A stretch of 64,000 bases of DNA, from contig JBNRSN020000023.1 of assembly GCA_051313645.2 (NCBI GenBank), forward strand, positions 23,684,001-23,748,000, read 5' to 3'. How positions within the stretch are numbered: position 1 is the stretch's first letter; each line of letters begins with the position of its first letter. The notes below the pieces were generated by a model that was not told where the DNA came from, did not search any database, and saw only the letters and a program-made list of their open reading frames with translations. Positions 11,063 to 22,900 of this stretch are shown in pieces. The translations under genes and the position numbers were made by a program. Origin of the DNA: Centroscyllium fabricii. Taxonomy: Eukaryota.

Positions 11063-12759
11063 ATGGATTTAGCAGGGACCAACCAACTCATCACAGAGGT
11101 GTCCCAACTTCGCTTCGCACTCGTCAGTCAGGGAGCTGCAGTCGGTCGCCATGACCAACTACTACAGGACATTCTGAACAACCTTCAAGGACTAACTGAA
11201 GCCGTTCGACGGGGCCTGCAACCCACACCCACTCCGTCACCCACCCCTGCACCACCGACAAGCTCTGCAGCCTCACCTCAGCCTCACGCCCCCTTACCTG
11301 TTCCTGAGAGGTATGACAGTCATCCCGGTAAATGCAGAGGCTTCATCACTCAATGCACCCTGGCATTTGAACTCCAGCCATTCCGCTTTCCCTCGCCCCG
11401 CTCCAAGATCGCCTTCATGATTTCTCTCCTCTCTGCGAAGGCTCTGGCCTGGGCCACAGCAGTCTGGGAAAACCAGACACCCGCATGCTCTGATAGCCAG
11501 CTCTTCATTGAGGAGATGCAGCAGGTGTTTGACCACCCAGTCAGCGCCCGAGACGCGGCCAGCCGGCTACTCCACCTCCGACAGGCATCGAACACAGTTG
11601 CGAATTTCGCCATTGGGTTTCGTACTCTCGCCATCGAGAGCAGCTGGAACCAGGAAGCCTGTCAAAGTCTCGACCATTCATAAACGTAAGACTCTGTGAA
11701 ACAAACTTATCGTCAAAGGTAAAATTTTATTAACTGTTAGTTTGCTAGCAAACGGGAGCTCACGAAGTCAAAGGCTTCGTTAAACTGCTCCGACTATATG
11801 GTCAAGAATCAGTATTTTTATACACAAAGATCAAAACTTTCTACCATGTGACACGGTATTGAGACACAACTATTAACGAAATAAAACAAAAGACAGAGAT
11901 GCGTAAGGGATGTTCTTTTTCTAAGGTTATACAATGATGACTAAACAAAATCAGCAGGGCATTATTATTCTAAGCTAGCCTTGGTCTACAGATGACCAAA
12001 AACAAGAGGCTGAAATATGTTAGGATGGGGATAAATAATATTATAAAGTAGAGACAGTTTGTCTCATCCCTTTTTTTTAGTCATATAGAGAACCGTGAGA
12101 AAGTTTATTTCTATAGTTATTATTCCTTACTCTAATCTTCTTGAGGGTACTGTTTTGCCTAAAAGCCAATCGAGTTATCTTCTTCCTCTTGCCATTCCCT
12201 AATATGGGCCTATCTGTTTTTCTTTGTCTAGTTTTTAGCAAGGTCATTTTAACTGCTGAAATGTCAGACTCCATTTTAGTTAAGAAATGAAATGTGTGAT
12301 AATTTTAATACTACTGTTAGGATATATATATATATATATATATATAAAACTCTATATGAAACTACACTTCTACATTCCCTCATCACTGCTTTTTACCATG
12401 GCCTGTCAGAGGAGATTAAAGACGAACTAGCCACTCAGAACGACATCACCATGCTCGAAGCCCTGATTGACATTTCAATTCGCATTGACAATCGGCATCG
12501 CGAACGGCGCAGAGAGCGCCAGATACCTTCAACCACCACTGAGGCCTGGCGCACCAGCACCACTTCTGTTCCCCACAGAGAATCTTTCAGGCCCCTTCTC
12601 CCGAGCACGGTGTTCCCTGTCACCTCGGAAGAGCCCATGCCACTGGGCAGAGCCAGAATTTCCCACTCCGAACGTGAACGCCGGGTAAGGGAACGCTGCT
12701 GATTCTACTGCAGCAAAACCGGCCATTTTAAAGACTCTTGCTCTGAGCTGGCGGGAAAC
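11063..12759 (+). pseudogene. Gypsy gag (Sushi-type, similar to RTL1/PEG10 gag), split by an inserted solo LTR
   Basis: PERYDSHPGKCRGFITQC..KALAWATA..WNQEA continues after the insert as LITAFYHGLSEEIKDEL. The zinc knuckle reads *FYCSKTGHFKDSC, with the first Cys codon mutated to TGA. Confidence 0.88.
11660..12374 (-). mobile_element. Solo LTR (ERV- or Gypsy-like, 715 bp) inserted in gag
   Basis: TGT..ACA termini; AT-rich; minus strand has TATAAAAA (~11815-11822) followed by AATAAA (~11726-11731); (TA)n at ~12322-12346. Gag resumes after 4 extra nt (agcc/ttcc, a degraded TSD). Confidence 0.7.
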
Positions 12760-12792
12760 GGCCAGACTCCTCTCGCCACGGGAGGGCTGCGA
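12753..12792 (+). promoter_or_regulatory. -1 programmed ribosomal frameshift signal (G GGA AAC plus downstream stem/pseudoknot)
   Basis: The slippery heptamer is in gag codon phase (gcG GGA AAC) and the pol ORF at 12792 is in the -1 frame. Downstream pairings ctcct/gggag and tcgc/gcga are possible. Confidence 0.7.
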
Positions 12793-15700
12793 TGAGTCGA
12801 ATTTCCCCTCCCAACCCGACCTCCTCCGGGGTTCGCCACAACACGACCCTCTCCTGGGACCAACATCACCACACCCTCCAGGCGTTCGTGGACTCTGGCG
12901 CCGCTGGAAATTTCATTGACCGTGACCTGGCCATACAATTAAAGATGCCATGCAGTCAACTGGAGCACCCTCTGTCTATCTCCGCCCTCGACGACAAACC
13001 CATTGGGTCGGGTCAAATAACACACATCACTGACCCCTTGAAGCTAGAGGTGGATCAGCTCCACCATGAAACCATCCAGCTCCACCTCATCCACTCTCCT
13101 GGAATTCCCCTCATCCTGGGTTTTCCCTGGCTAGCTCTCCACAATCCTCAGTTGGACTGGTTTTCTGGCAGACTCCAGGACTGGGGCCCCACCTGTCACG
13201 CCACATGCCTCTTCTCAATTACCCCCCTTGACCCTTCCAAGTCCTCTGGGTCTCCTGAATTATCCCAGGTTCCCCCTGAATACTCTGACCTCCTGGAGGT
13301 TTTCAGCGAGGGGCGTGCCGCCTCTCTCCCCCCTCATCGCCCATATTACTGCACTATTGATCTGCTGCCTGGTACGAGCCCCCCTCGGGGCCGTCCTCTC
13401 TTCCCCCCTCATCGTCCATATGACTGCACTATTGATCTGCTGCCCGGTACGAGCGCCCCTCGGGGCCGTCCTTTCTCCCTCTCTGCCCCAGAAACTGCCG
13501 CCATGGGGGCGTACCTCAAAGACGCTCTCGCCAACGGCGCCATTCATCCCTCCACTTCACCAGCAGGGGCAGGATTCTTTTTTGTGGAGAAAAAGGACGG
13601 TGGCCTCCGCCCGTGTATTGACTATCGGGGACTGAACAGAGTCACAGTTAAGAACCGCCACCCACTTCCACTCATGTCCACCGCCTTTGAACTCCTCCAG
13701 GGCTCCACTATCTTTACCAAGCTCGACCTACGCAACGCCTACAATCTGGTCCATGTCAGAGAGGGGGACGAATGGAAAACAGCTTTCAATACCCCCAACG
13801 GCCACTACGAGTATCTCGTTATGCCATTCGGCCTGGCCAATGCACCTGCCATCTTTCAGTCATTCATCAACGATGTGTTAAGAGACCTACTGAACCAGTT
13901 TGTCTTCGTGTACCTTGACGATATCCTCATCTTCTCAAAATCACCTCCAGAACACATCCAGCATGTCCGCCAAGTCCTACAGCGTCTTCTCAGGAATCAA
14001 CTAATCATTAAGTTGGAAAAGTGTGAATTCCATCGTCCCTCAGTCTCCTTCCTGGGGTTTATTGTTAACAGAGGCAGTCTATAGATGGACCCCTCCAAGA
14101 CTCAGGCCGTTCGAGGCTGGCCATCACCCACCTCCGTCAAGGAGGTTCAACGCTTCCTGGGCTTTGCCAATTTCTACAGGCGATTCATTCAAAACTTCAG
14201 TTCTGTGGCAGCACCCCTCACTACCCTAACCAAGAAGACCACCCACTTCCACTGGTCCTCTCAGGAAGAGGAGGTCTTCCAGGACCTTAAGCGATGCTTC
14301 ACCACTGCTCCCATCCTTGTCCTCCTGGACACCTCCCATCCCTTCACGGTTGAGGTCGATGCTTCAGACATCGGAGTGGGGGGCAGTCCTGTCCCAGCGG
14401 TCACTCCATGACGAGAAGCTTCACCCATGCGCCGCCTTCTCCAGACGCCTGCTCCCGGCTGAGAGAAATTACAACATTGGGAACAGGGAGCTGGTGGCTG
14501 TCAAACTGGCACTTGAAGAATGGAGACACTGGTTGGAGGGGGCCAAGCATCCATTTCAGGTGTGGACTGACCACAGAAACCTGGCGTATATCCCCAGAAA
14601 CACAGAAGATAGGAGTAGGCCTTTCGGCCCTTCGCGCCTGCTCCGCCATTTTGATGAGATCATGGCTGATCATCCAAATCCAGCGCTCCTCTCCCCATAT
14701 CCCCCGACACCCCCCAACTCTAAGAACTATATCTCACACACATACACATGGGCAATTTTTTTAGTATCTCCAATTCACCTAACCTCTATGTCCAGGACGC
14801 TAAATGCCTCAGTGCCCACCAAGCCCGCTGGGCTCTCTTTTTCTCCCGTTTCAATTTCGACCTGGCTCCAAAAATCTCAAGCTGGATGCTCTCTCTCGCT
14901 GATTTGAAACCCCTGTGTCCACTGAAACATCGACACCCATTATCCCCAACACCACAGTCGTGGCGCCCGTCCAGTGGGGAATCGACACCATCGTGCGAGA
15001 GGCACAGCGTCAAGAGCCTGACCCCGGAAATGGACCACTCAACCACTTGTTCGTTCCCTCTGGTGCTCGCTCCCAAGTCCTCCAATGGGCGCATTCCTCC
15101 AAACTTACCAGTCAGCCCGGGGTCACTTGCACACGAGACATCCTCCGCCGACGTTTCTGGTGGCCCTCAGCTGAGAGAGACGTCAGGACAAGCTTGGATG
15201 AAAGACCAGTCTGCGCCCAGAAAAAAAAACCCCCGGACTTGACCACTAGTTCTGCTCCACACCTTGTCCGTCCCCACCCGCTCTTGGTCCCACCTGTCCA
15301 TGGACTTCGTGACCGGTCTGCCACCCTCTCTGGGCAACATGGTCATCCTGGTGGTCGTCGACCGGTTCTCCAAGGCCTGCCGGTTTATCCCTATGCCCAA
15401 ACTCCCATCCGCCATGAGACTGCCGAACACCTGATGCAACATGTCTTCTGGCTGCATGGTCCCCCCCTCAACATCGTCTCCGATCACAGACCCCAGTTCG
15501 CGTCCCTGTTCTGGAAGGTGTTCTACACCCTGTTGGGCGCCTCCGTCAGCCTCTCCTCTGGCGACCACCCCCAATCTAATGGGCAAACTGAGAGTCAACT
15601 AGGACCTTGAGACCCCTCTGCGCTGCTTTGCCTCCTCCCACCCCTCAACCTGGTGCAAACACCTCGCTTGGGCGGAATACGCCCACAACTCGCTGCACAA

Positions 15701-16340
15701 CTCCTCCCTGGCCATGTCCCCCTTCGAATGCCAATACGGCTACCTGCCGCCACTGTTCCCTGAACAAGAGCCCGAGGTGGCAGTTCCCTCTGCTCAGGCC
15801 TTCGTCCGTCGCTGCTAGCACACCTGGAGGAGGGCACAGTCATCACTTTTTGTGGGCCGCCCGCCGCCATCAAATCCAAACCAACCGCCATCGCACCCCA
15901 GCTTCGATCGTTCGACCTGGCCAGAGGGTCTGGCTCTCCACTCGGGACCTCCCCTTGCACACTGAGTCCCACAAACTCTCCCCCCACTACATTGGGCCAT
16001 TGAAAATCATCAAACGGGTCACTCCCGTCTCCTTCCGCCTCCAGCTCCCCCAGTCCATGCGGGTCCACCCCGTTTTTCATGTTTCCCGTCTCAGGCCCAT
16101 CCACACCAGTCTCTTGGCTCCTCCCTCCAAACCTCCCCCAGTGCCACGCATGGTGGGGGGGACAACCCGCTTACACCGTCCGCCACCTCCTTCAGTCCCA
16201 TCAGGTCCATGGGGGGATCCAGTATCTCGTTGACTGGGAGGGGTATGGTCCAGAAGAATGCTCTTGGGTCCTCGCCCGGGATATACTAGACCCCAACCTC
16301 ATCAGAGACTTCAACCACCAGCAGGGGCATCCAAGGGGTC
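12792..16340 (+). pseudogene. Gypsy pol: protease, RT, RNase H, integrase, chromodomain; multiple stops and frameshifts
   Basis: [12 protein letters not shown]; [37 protein letters not shown]; [13 protein letters not shown]; VEVDASD; [26 protein letters not shown]; IVSD..HPQSNGQTE; KLSPHYIGP..HPVFHVS; [16 protein letters not shown]. In-frame TAG at 14082. Confidence 0.93.
14594..14786 (-). mobile_element. Short SINE-like insert (CR1-type 3' end plus HE1-like core) inside RNase H
   Basis: Interrupts NLAYI|QDAK; TSD tatatcc/tatgtcc at 14587-14593 and 14787-14793. Shares ggagtaggcc..gatgagatcatggctgatcatccaaa..ctctaagaactatat with the CR1 end at 50653, then gggcaattttt..ccaattcacctaacct. Confidence 0.65.
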
Positions 16341-16370
16341 GTCGGGTGTCGACCCTAGCCGGGGGACTAC

Positions 16371-16991
16371 TGTCATGGTTCGTTCCTCAGCTGGCCACTA
16401 GAGGGCACAGAGGGATGCTTAAGACACTTTGACTCTCTACCTCTGCTAATCACAAGAAGTCACACAACACCAGGTTATAGTCCAGTTTTATTTTAAATCA
16501 CAAGTTAAATTTAAATAAAACTATTGGACTATAACCTGGTGTTGTGTGACTTCTTGCATTTGTCCACTCCAGTCCAACACCGGCACCTCCACATCATGTC
16601 TGCTAATCATCAACAGGTGATTCCTATTCACTCGTTAGCTGGACTATATAAGCTTTACGTTTTTAGTCGCCTGTGCTGAGTCAAGAGATCTTCATGCTTA
16701 AGCAAGCCAGCTCTTGGTCCAGGTCTCCAAGCCAGCTCTCTTGTGAACTCTCTGCCCAGGACTCAGGTTTTGTTGATACATTGTTTTTTGTGTTAGTTTT
16801 TGAACCCCGTTTCCTATTTGTTTTCGATGTGTTTTTCTTAGTTTTAGTGCTTCTCTGTTGTTCATGTTATTGTTATTGTTATTGTTTGCCTGTCATTGTA
16901 GCCTTCAGTAAAGGAGTTGCTGCTCATTCAACTGATCCTCTCCCTCCGCCTGGTTCCCTGCACTTGAATCAACACTTTCCGTCCCGTCACA
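16371..16991 (+). repeat. 3' LTR of the Gypsy element, containing a Penelope-like insert
   Basis: Homologous to 10605-11044 with many substitutions and small indels. Confidence 0.92.
16453..16598 (+). mobile_element. Penelope-like terminal fragment with 5' inversion (fold-back hairpin)
   Basis: 11-bp TSD tctgctaatca at 16442-16452 and 16599-16609; absent from the 5' LTR; inverted repeat spanning 16453-16556; homologous to 1698-1785. Confidence 0.75.
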
Positions 16992-19900
16992 TAGGGTCTG
17001 GTGTTGGGGTTGGTCTTGTTATTGGGGCTGGTGTTAGTTTTGGGGTTTGTGATGGTTTCGACGTTGGTGTTGGTATTGTGGCTGGCTCTGAGGTTGGTAT
17101 TGGGGCTGGTGTTGGTATTGGGGCTGGTGTAGGGGTTGTGGGGTTTGTGATGGTTTTGACACTGGTGTTGGTATTGAGGCTGGTGTTGGGGTTGGGGTTA
17201 TTGGTGTTGCTATTGGATTTGGTGTGCTATTGGGGCTGGCTCTGGTATTGGAGTTGGTGTTGGGTTTGTGTTGGTGTTGGTATTGGGCTTGAAGTTGGTA
17301 TTTGTGTTGGTGTTATTGGGGCTGGGGTTTGGGTTGGTGTTGGTATTGGGTTCATATTGGGGTTGATGTTTGTATTGGGTTTGGTGCTGGTATTGGGGCT
17401 GATCTTGGTTTTGTGGCTGGACTTTGTATTGGGGTTGATATTTGTATTGGTGTTAGTATTGGTATAGGGGTGGTGTTGGGCGTGGTATAGGGTTTGGGGT
17501 TGGTCTTGGGTCTGGTGTTATGGTTGGGGCTGGTGATGGTATTGGGGATGGTTTTGAGGTTGTTATTGGGGCTGCTGTTTGTATTGGGGTTTGTTGTTGC
17601 TTTTGGGGTTGGTGTTGCGGTTGGTGTTGCTATTGGATTTGGTGTTGGTGTTAGATTTGGTGTTGGTGTTGGTATAGGGTTGGTGTTGGTATTGAGGTTG
17701 GTATTGGGTTTGGTGTTTGATGTGACAAAAGCGACTTACACATCAAATACTTTAAGCAAAGCTTTAATCAGCTATTTACAGAGTTGAGAGTTTTAACATA
17801 TTTACATAGGGAAGCATCATCTCAGACTGAATAGCAGCAGAATTTATACTACTACACAGGAAGTGACATGTACAGGAAATGATGTCACTGGAAGTTCATA
17901 AGCAGAGTTCATCTGACTTCCTGCCAGAAGTCTCAATATCATTACAGTGTTGGTATTGGGGTTGGTATTGGGAATGTTGTTGCTATTGGGGTTGGTGCTG
18001 GTATTGTGGCTGGTCTTTGTATTGAGGTTCAAATTGGTATTGGTGTTAGTGTTGGTATAGGGGCTGGTGTTGGGTTTGGTGTTGCTATTCAGTTTGGTGT
18101 TCGGGTTGGTATTGGTATAGGGTCTGGTGTTGGGGTTGGTCTTGGTATTGGGTCTGGTATTGTGGTTGGGGTTGGTAATGGTATTGATGCCAGTGTTGCT
18201 GCTGGTGTTGGTATTGGTGCTAGTTTTGAGGTTGGTATTGGGGCTGGTGTTTGTATTGGGGTTGTTGTTGGTATTAGGTTTGTGTTGGTATTGGGGTTGG
18301 TGTTGGTATTTGGGTTAGTTTTATTATTGGGAATGGATTTGGTGTTGGTATTCAGATTGGTATTGGATTTGGTGTTGCTATTGGGGTTGGTGTTGGTATT
18401 GGGGTTGGTGTTGGTATTGGGGTTGGTGTTGGTATTGGTGTTGGTGTTGGTATTGGGGTTGGTGTTGGTATTTGGGTTAGTTTTATTATTGGGAATGGAT
18501 TTGGTGTTGGTATTCAGATTGGTATTGGATTTGGTGTTGCTAATGGGGCTGGTGCTGGTATTGGGGTTGGTGTTGGTATTGGAGTTGGTGTTGGTATTGG
18601 GGTTGGTGTTGGTATTGGGGTTGGTGTTGGTATTGGGGTTGGTGTCGCTATTGGGGTTGGTGTTGGTACTGGGATCTGTGTCCATATTGGTGTTGGCATT
18701 GTATTTGCGTTGATATTTGGGATGGTATTGATGTTGGTGTCGGTATTGAGGTTGGTGTCGGTATTGAGGTTGGTGTCGGTATTGAGGTTGGTGTCGGTAT
18801 TGAGGTTGGTGTCGGTATTGGGGTTGGTGCTTGTATTGGGAATGCTGGTATTGGGGCTGATCTTGGTATTGCGGCTGGTCTTTATATTGGGGTTGATGTT
18901 GGTATTGGTATAGGGGCTGTTGGGATTTGTGTTGGTATTCGGGTTGCTGTTCGGGTTGGTATTGCTATAGGGTCTGGCGTTGGGGCTGGTCTTGGTATTG
19001 GGGCTGGTGTTAGGTTTAGGGTTGGTGATGCTAATGATGCTGGTGTTGCTGTTGGGGTTGGTATCGGGGCTGGTGTGCTATTGGGGCTCGTGTGGGAGTT
19101 TGGGTTGGTGCTGGTTTTAGGGTTGGCGTTGTGGTAGGTGTTGCAGTTGGTATTGGGGTTGGTGTTGGTATTGGGTTTGTGCTATATTGGGGTTGGTGTT
19201 GCTTTTGTGGTTGCTGTTGCTTTTGGGATTGCTATTCGTGTTGGTGCTGGTATTGTTTGTGTTGGTATAGGGGTTGATGTTGGTATTTGGGTTGGTGTTA
19301 TAGGGGATGGTGTTGGTATAGGGGTTGATGTTGGTATTTGGGTTGGTGTTATTATAGGGGATGGTGTTGGTATTGGGGTTGGTGTTGCAATTGGATTTGG
19401 TGTTACTATTGGGGCTGGCGATGGTATTGGAGTTGGTGTTATTGGCAATGGTGTTGGGATTCGGATTGGTGTTGCTATTGGGGTTGGTGTTGCTATTGGT
19501 GTTGCTATTGGGGTTGGTGTTGCTATTGGGGTTGGTGTTGCTATTGGGGTTGGTGTTGCTATTGGGGTTGGTGTTGCTATTGGGGTTGGTGTTGATATTG
19601 GGGTTGGTGCTGGTTTTGATGTTGGGGCTGATCTTGGTATTGCAGCCCTCTTTATTTTGGGGTTGATGTTGGTATTGGTAAAGGGTCTGGTGTTGGGGTT
19701 GGGCGTGGTATTGGGGCTGGTGTTAGGGTTAGGGTTGGTGATGGTTTTGACGCTGGTGTTTGTATTGGAGCTGGTTTAGAGGTTGGTATTGGGGCTGATG
19801 TTGAGGTTGATGTTGGTTTTAGTGTTGCTGTTGCAGTTGGTATTGAGGTCATTATTGGGTTTGGTGTTGGTATTGGGTTTGTGCTGGTATTGGGGTTGGT

Positions 19901-22900
19901 GTTTCTTTTGGGGTTGGTGTTGATTTTGGGATTGGTATTCGTGTTGGTGCTGGTATTGGGGTTGGTGTTGGTATTTGGGTTGGTGTTGGTGTTATTATTG
20001 GGGATGGTGTTGGTATTCAGTTGGTGGTATCGGAGTTAGTGTTGCTGTTGGATTTGGTGTTGGTGCTGGTGTTGGTATTGGAGTTGGTGTTGGAATTTGG
20101 GCTGCTTTTGGTATTGGCTTGTTGGTATTGTGGTTGGGTATTGGGGTTGGTGTTGGTATTGGGGTTAGTGTTGGTATCAGGTTTGGTGTTCATATTGGGG
20201 TTGGTGTTCATATTGGGGCTGTTGCTGATATTGGGGTTGGTGTTGCTATTGGGGCTGGTGTAGGGGTTAGGTTTGGTGTTGATATTGTGGTTGGTGGTGT
20301 TGGTATTGGGCATGGTGTTTGTATTGGGCTTGGTGTTGGTACTGGCTTTGTTGTTGGTATTGGGGTTGGTATTGAGAATGTTGTTGCTATTGTGGTTGGT
20401 GCTGGTATTGGGGCTGATCTTGGTGTTGTGGCTGGTCTTTGTATTGGGGTTGATATTGGTGTTAGTATTGGTATAGGGGCTGGTGTTGGGGTTGCTGTTA
20501 CTATTCGGGTTGATGTTGCGGTTAGTATTGTTATAGGGTCTGGGGTTTGGGTTGGTCTTGGTATTGGGTCTGGTTTTATGGTTAGGGTTGGTGATGCTAT
20601 TGATGCTGGTGTTGCTGTTTGGGTTGGTGTTGGTATTGGGGCTGGTTTTGAGGTTGGTATTGGGGCTGGTGGGGCTGGTGTTGGGGATGACGTTGGTGCT
20701 GGTTTTAGATTGGCAGAGGTTGGTATTGGGTTTGGTGTTGGAATTGGGGTTGGTGTTGGTACTGGGATCTGTGTCCATATTGCAGTTGGCGTTGGTATTG
20801 GGTTTGGGGTTGGTATTGGCGACGTTATTAATATTGGGGTTGGTGTTGGTATTGTGGTTGGTATTGGTATTGTGGTTGATGTTGCTATTGGGTCTGGTGT
20901 TGGTATTGGGGTTGGTGATGGTGTTGTGGTTGGTATTGGGGCTGTGTTGGTATTTTGGTCGGTGTTGGTATTGGGTTTGGTGTTGATATTGTTGTTGGGG
21001 CTGATCTTGGTATTGCGGCTGGTCTTTATATTGGGGTTGGTATTGGTATAGGGGCTGTTGGGGTTGGTGTTGGTATTTGGGTTGCTGTTCGGGTTGGTAT
21101 TGGTATGGGTCTGTTGGGGCTGGTCTTTTACTGGGGCTGGTGTTAGGTTTGGGGTGGGTGATGGTATTAGGGCTGGTTTGCTATTGGGGCTGGAGTTGGA
21201 GTTCGGGTTGGTACTGGTTTTAGGGTTGGTATTGGGGTGGGCGTTGGTATTGAGTTTGTGCTGGTATTGGGGTTGGTGTTGCTTTTGTGGTTGGTGTTGC
21301 TTTTGGGATTGCTATTTGTGTTGGTGCTGGTATTGTGGTTGTGTTGGTATTACGATTGGTGTTGGTACTTGGGTTGGTGTTATTATAGGTGATGGTGTTG
21401 GTTTTGCTTTTGGTGTTGGTATTCAGATTGATGGGGTTGGTGTTGCAATTGGATTTCATGTTGCTATTGGGGCTGGCACTGGTATTGGAGTTGGTGTTGG
21501 TATTGGCAATGGTGTTGGTGTTGGTATTGGGGCTGATCTTGGTATTGTGGCACTCTTCATATAGGTGTTGATGTTGGTATCCGGGTTGCTGTTGGGGTTG
21601 GTATTGGTATAGGGTCTGGTGTTGGGGTTGGTCTTGGGGCTGATGTTAGGCTTGGGGTTGGTGAGGGTTTTGACGCTGGTGTTGCTGTTGGTATTGGAGT
21701 TGGTTTTTAGGTTGGTATTGGGGCTGATGTTGGTGTTGGTTTTAGTGTTGGTGTTTCGGTTGGTGTTGTGGTTGGTGTTGGTATTGAGGTTGTTATTGGG
21801 GATGGTGTTATTATTGTGGATGGTGTTGGTTGTGGTGTTGGTATTGGGGTTTGTGCTGGTATTGGGGTTTGTGCTTGTATTGGAGTTGGTGTTGGTATTG
21901 ACGTTGGTGTTGGAATTGGGGCTGTGCTTGGTATTGGCTTGTTGGTATTGGGGTTGGTTTTTGGTATTGGGGTTTGGTGTTGGTATCGGGTTTGGTGTTG
22001 GTATTGGGTTTGTGTTGGGGTTGGCGTTGGTATTGGGTTTGGTGTTGGTATTTGTATGGGTGTTGCTATTGGGGTTGGGGTTAGGTTTGGTGTTGGTATT
22101 GTGGTTGGTATTGGGGCTGGTGTTGGTATTGGGGCTGGTGTTGGTACTGGTGTTGGTATTGGGGCTGGTGTTGGTATTGGGACTGGTGTTGGTATTGGGG
22201 CTGGTGTTGGTATTGGGGCTGGTGTGGTTGGTGTTGGAATTGGGTTTGGTGTTTGTATTGGGGCTGATCTTGGTGTTGCGGCTGGTCTTTGTATTGGGGT
22301 TGATATTGCTATTGGTGTTAGTATTGGTAGAGGGTGTAGAGGGGTTGGTGTTGGTATTTGGTTTGGTGTTGGGGTTGGTATAAGATCTGGTGTTGGGGTT
22401 GGTCTTGGTATTGGGTCTGCTGTTGTGGTTGGGGTTGGTGATGGTATTGATGCTGGTGTTGCTGTTTGGGTTGCTGTTGGTATAGGGGCTGGTTTGAGTT
22501 TGGTATTGGGGCTGGTGTTTATATTGGGGCTGGTGTTGGGGTTTTGGTTGGTGTTGTGGTTGGTGTTGGTATTGGGTTTGTGTTGGTATTAGGGTTAGTG
22601 GTGCATTTCTGGTTAGTGTTGGTGTTGGGGTTGGTGTTCCTTTTGGGATTGGTGTTGGTGCTGGTATTGGGATTGTGTTGATATTGGGGTTGATGTTGGT
22701 ATTTGGGTTGGTTTTATTATTGGGGATTGTGTTGCTTTTGGTGTTGGTATTCAGATTGGTGTTGGTATTGGGGCTGGTATTGTCAGAGTTTGGTGTTGCT
22801 ATTGGAACTGGTGCTGGTATTGGCGTTGGTGTTTGTATTGGGGATGGTGATGCTATTTGGGTTGGTGTTTGTACTGGGATCTGTGTCCGTATTGGTATTG

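Larger units (their letters stand above)
10605..16991 (+). mobile_element. Full-length degenerate Ty3/Gypsy chromovirus (Sushi/Tf1-type) LTR retrotransposon
   Basis: TGTCA..TCACA LTRs at 10605-11044 and 16371-16991. 5-bp TSD ttggg/taggg (1 mismatch). Domain order gag, PR, RT, RH, IN, chromodomain. G-rich tract at ~16361 precedes the 3' LTR. Confidence 0.95.

Noticed and set aside
12322-12346. (TA)n microsatellite as an independent feature
   Set aside because: An ordinary short microsatellite inside the solo LTR.
11063-16340. Domesticated PEG10/RTL1-like host gene
   Set aside because: It is flanked by LTRs and a TSD and disrupted by stops, frameshifts and nested inserts.
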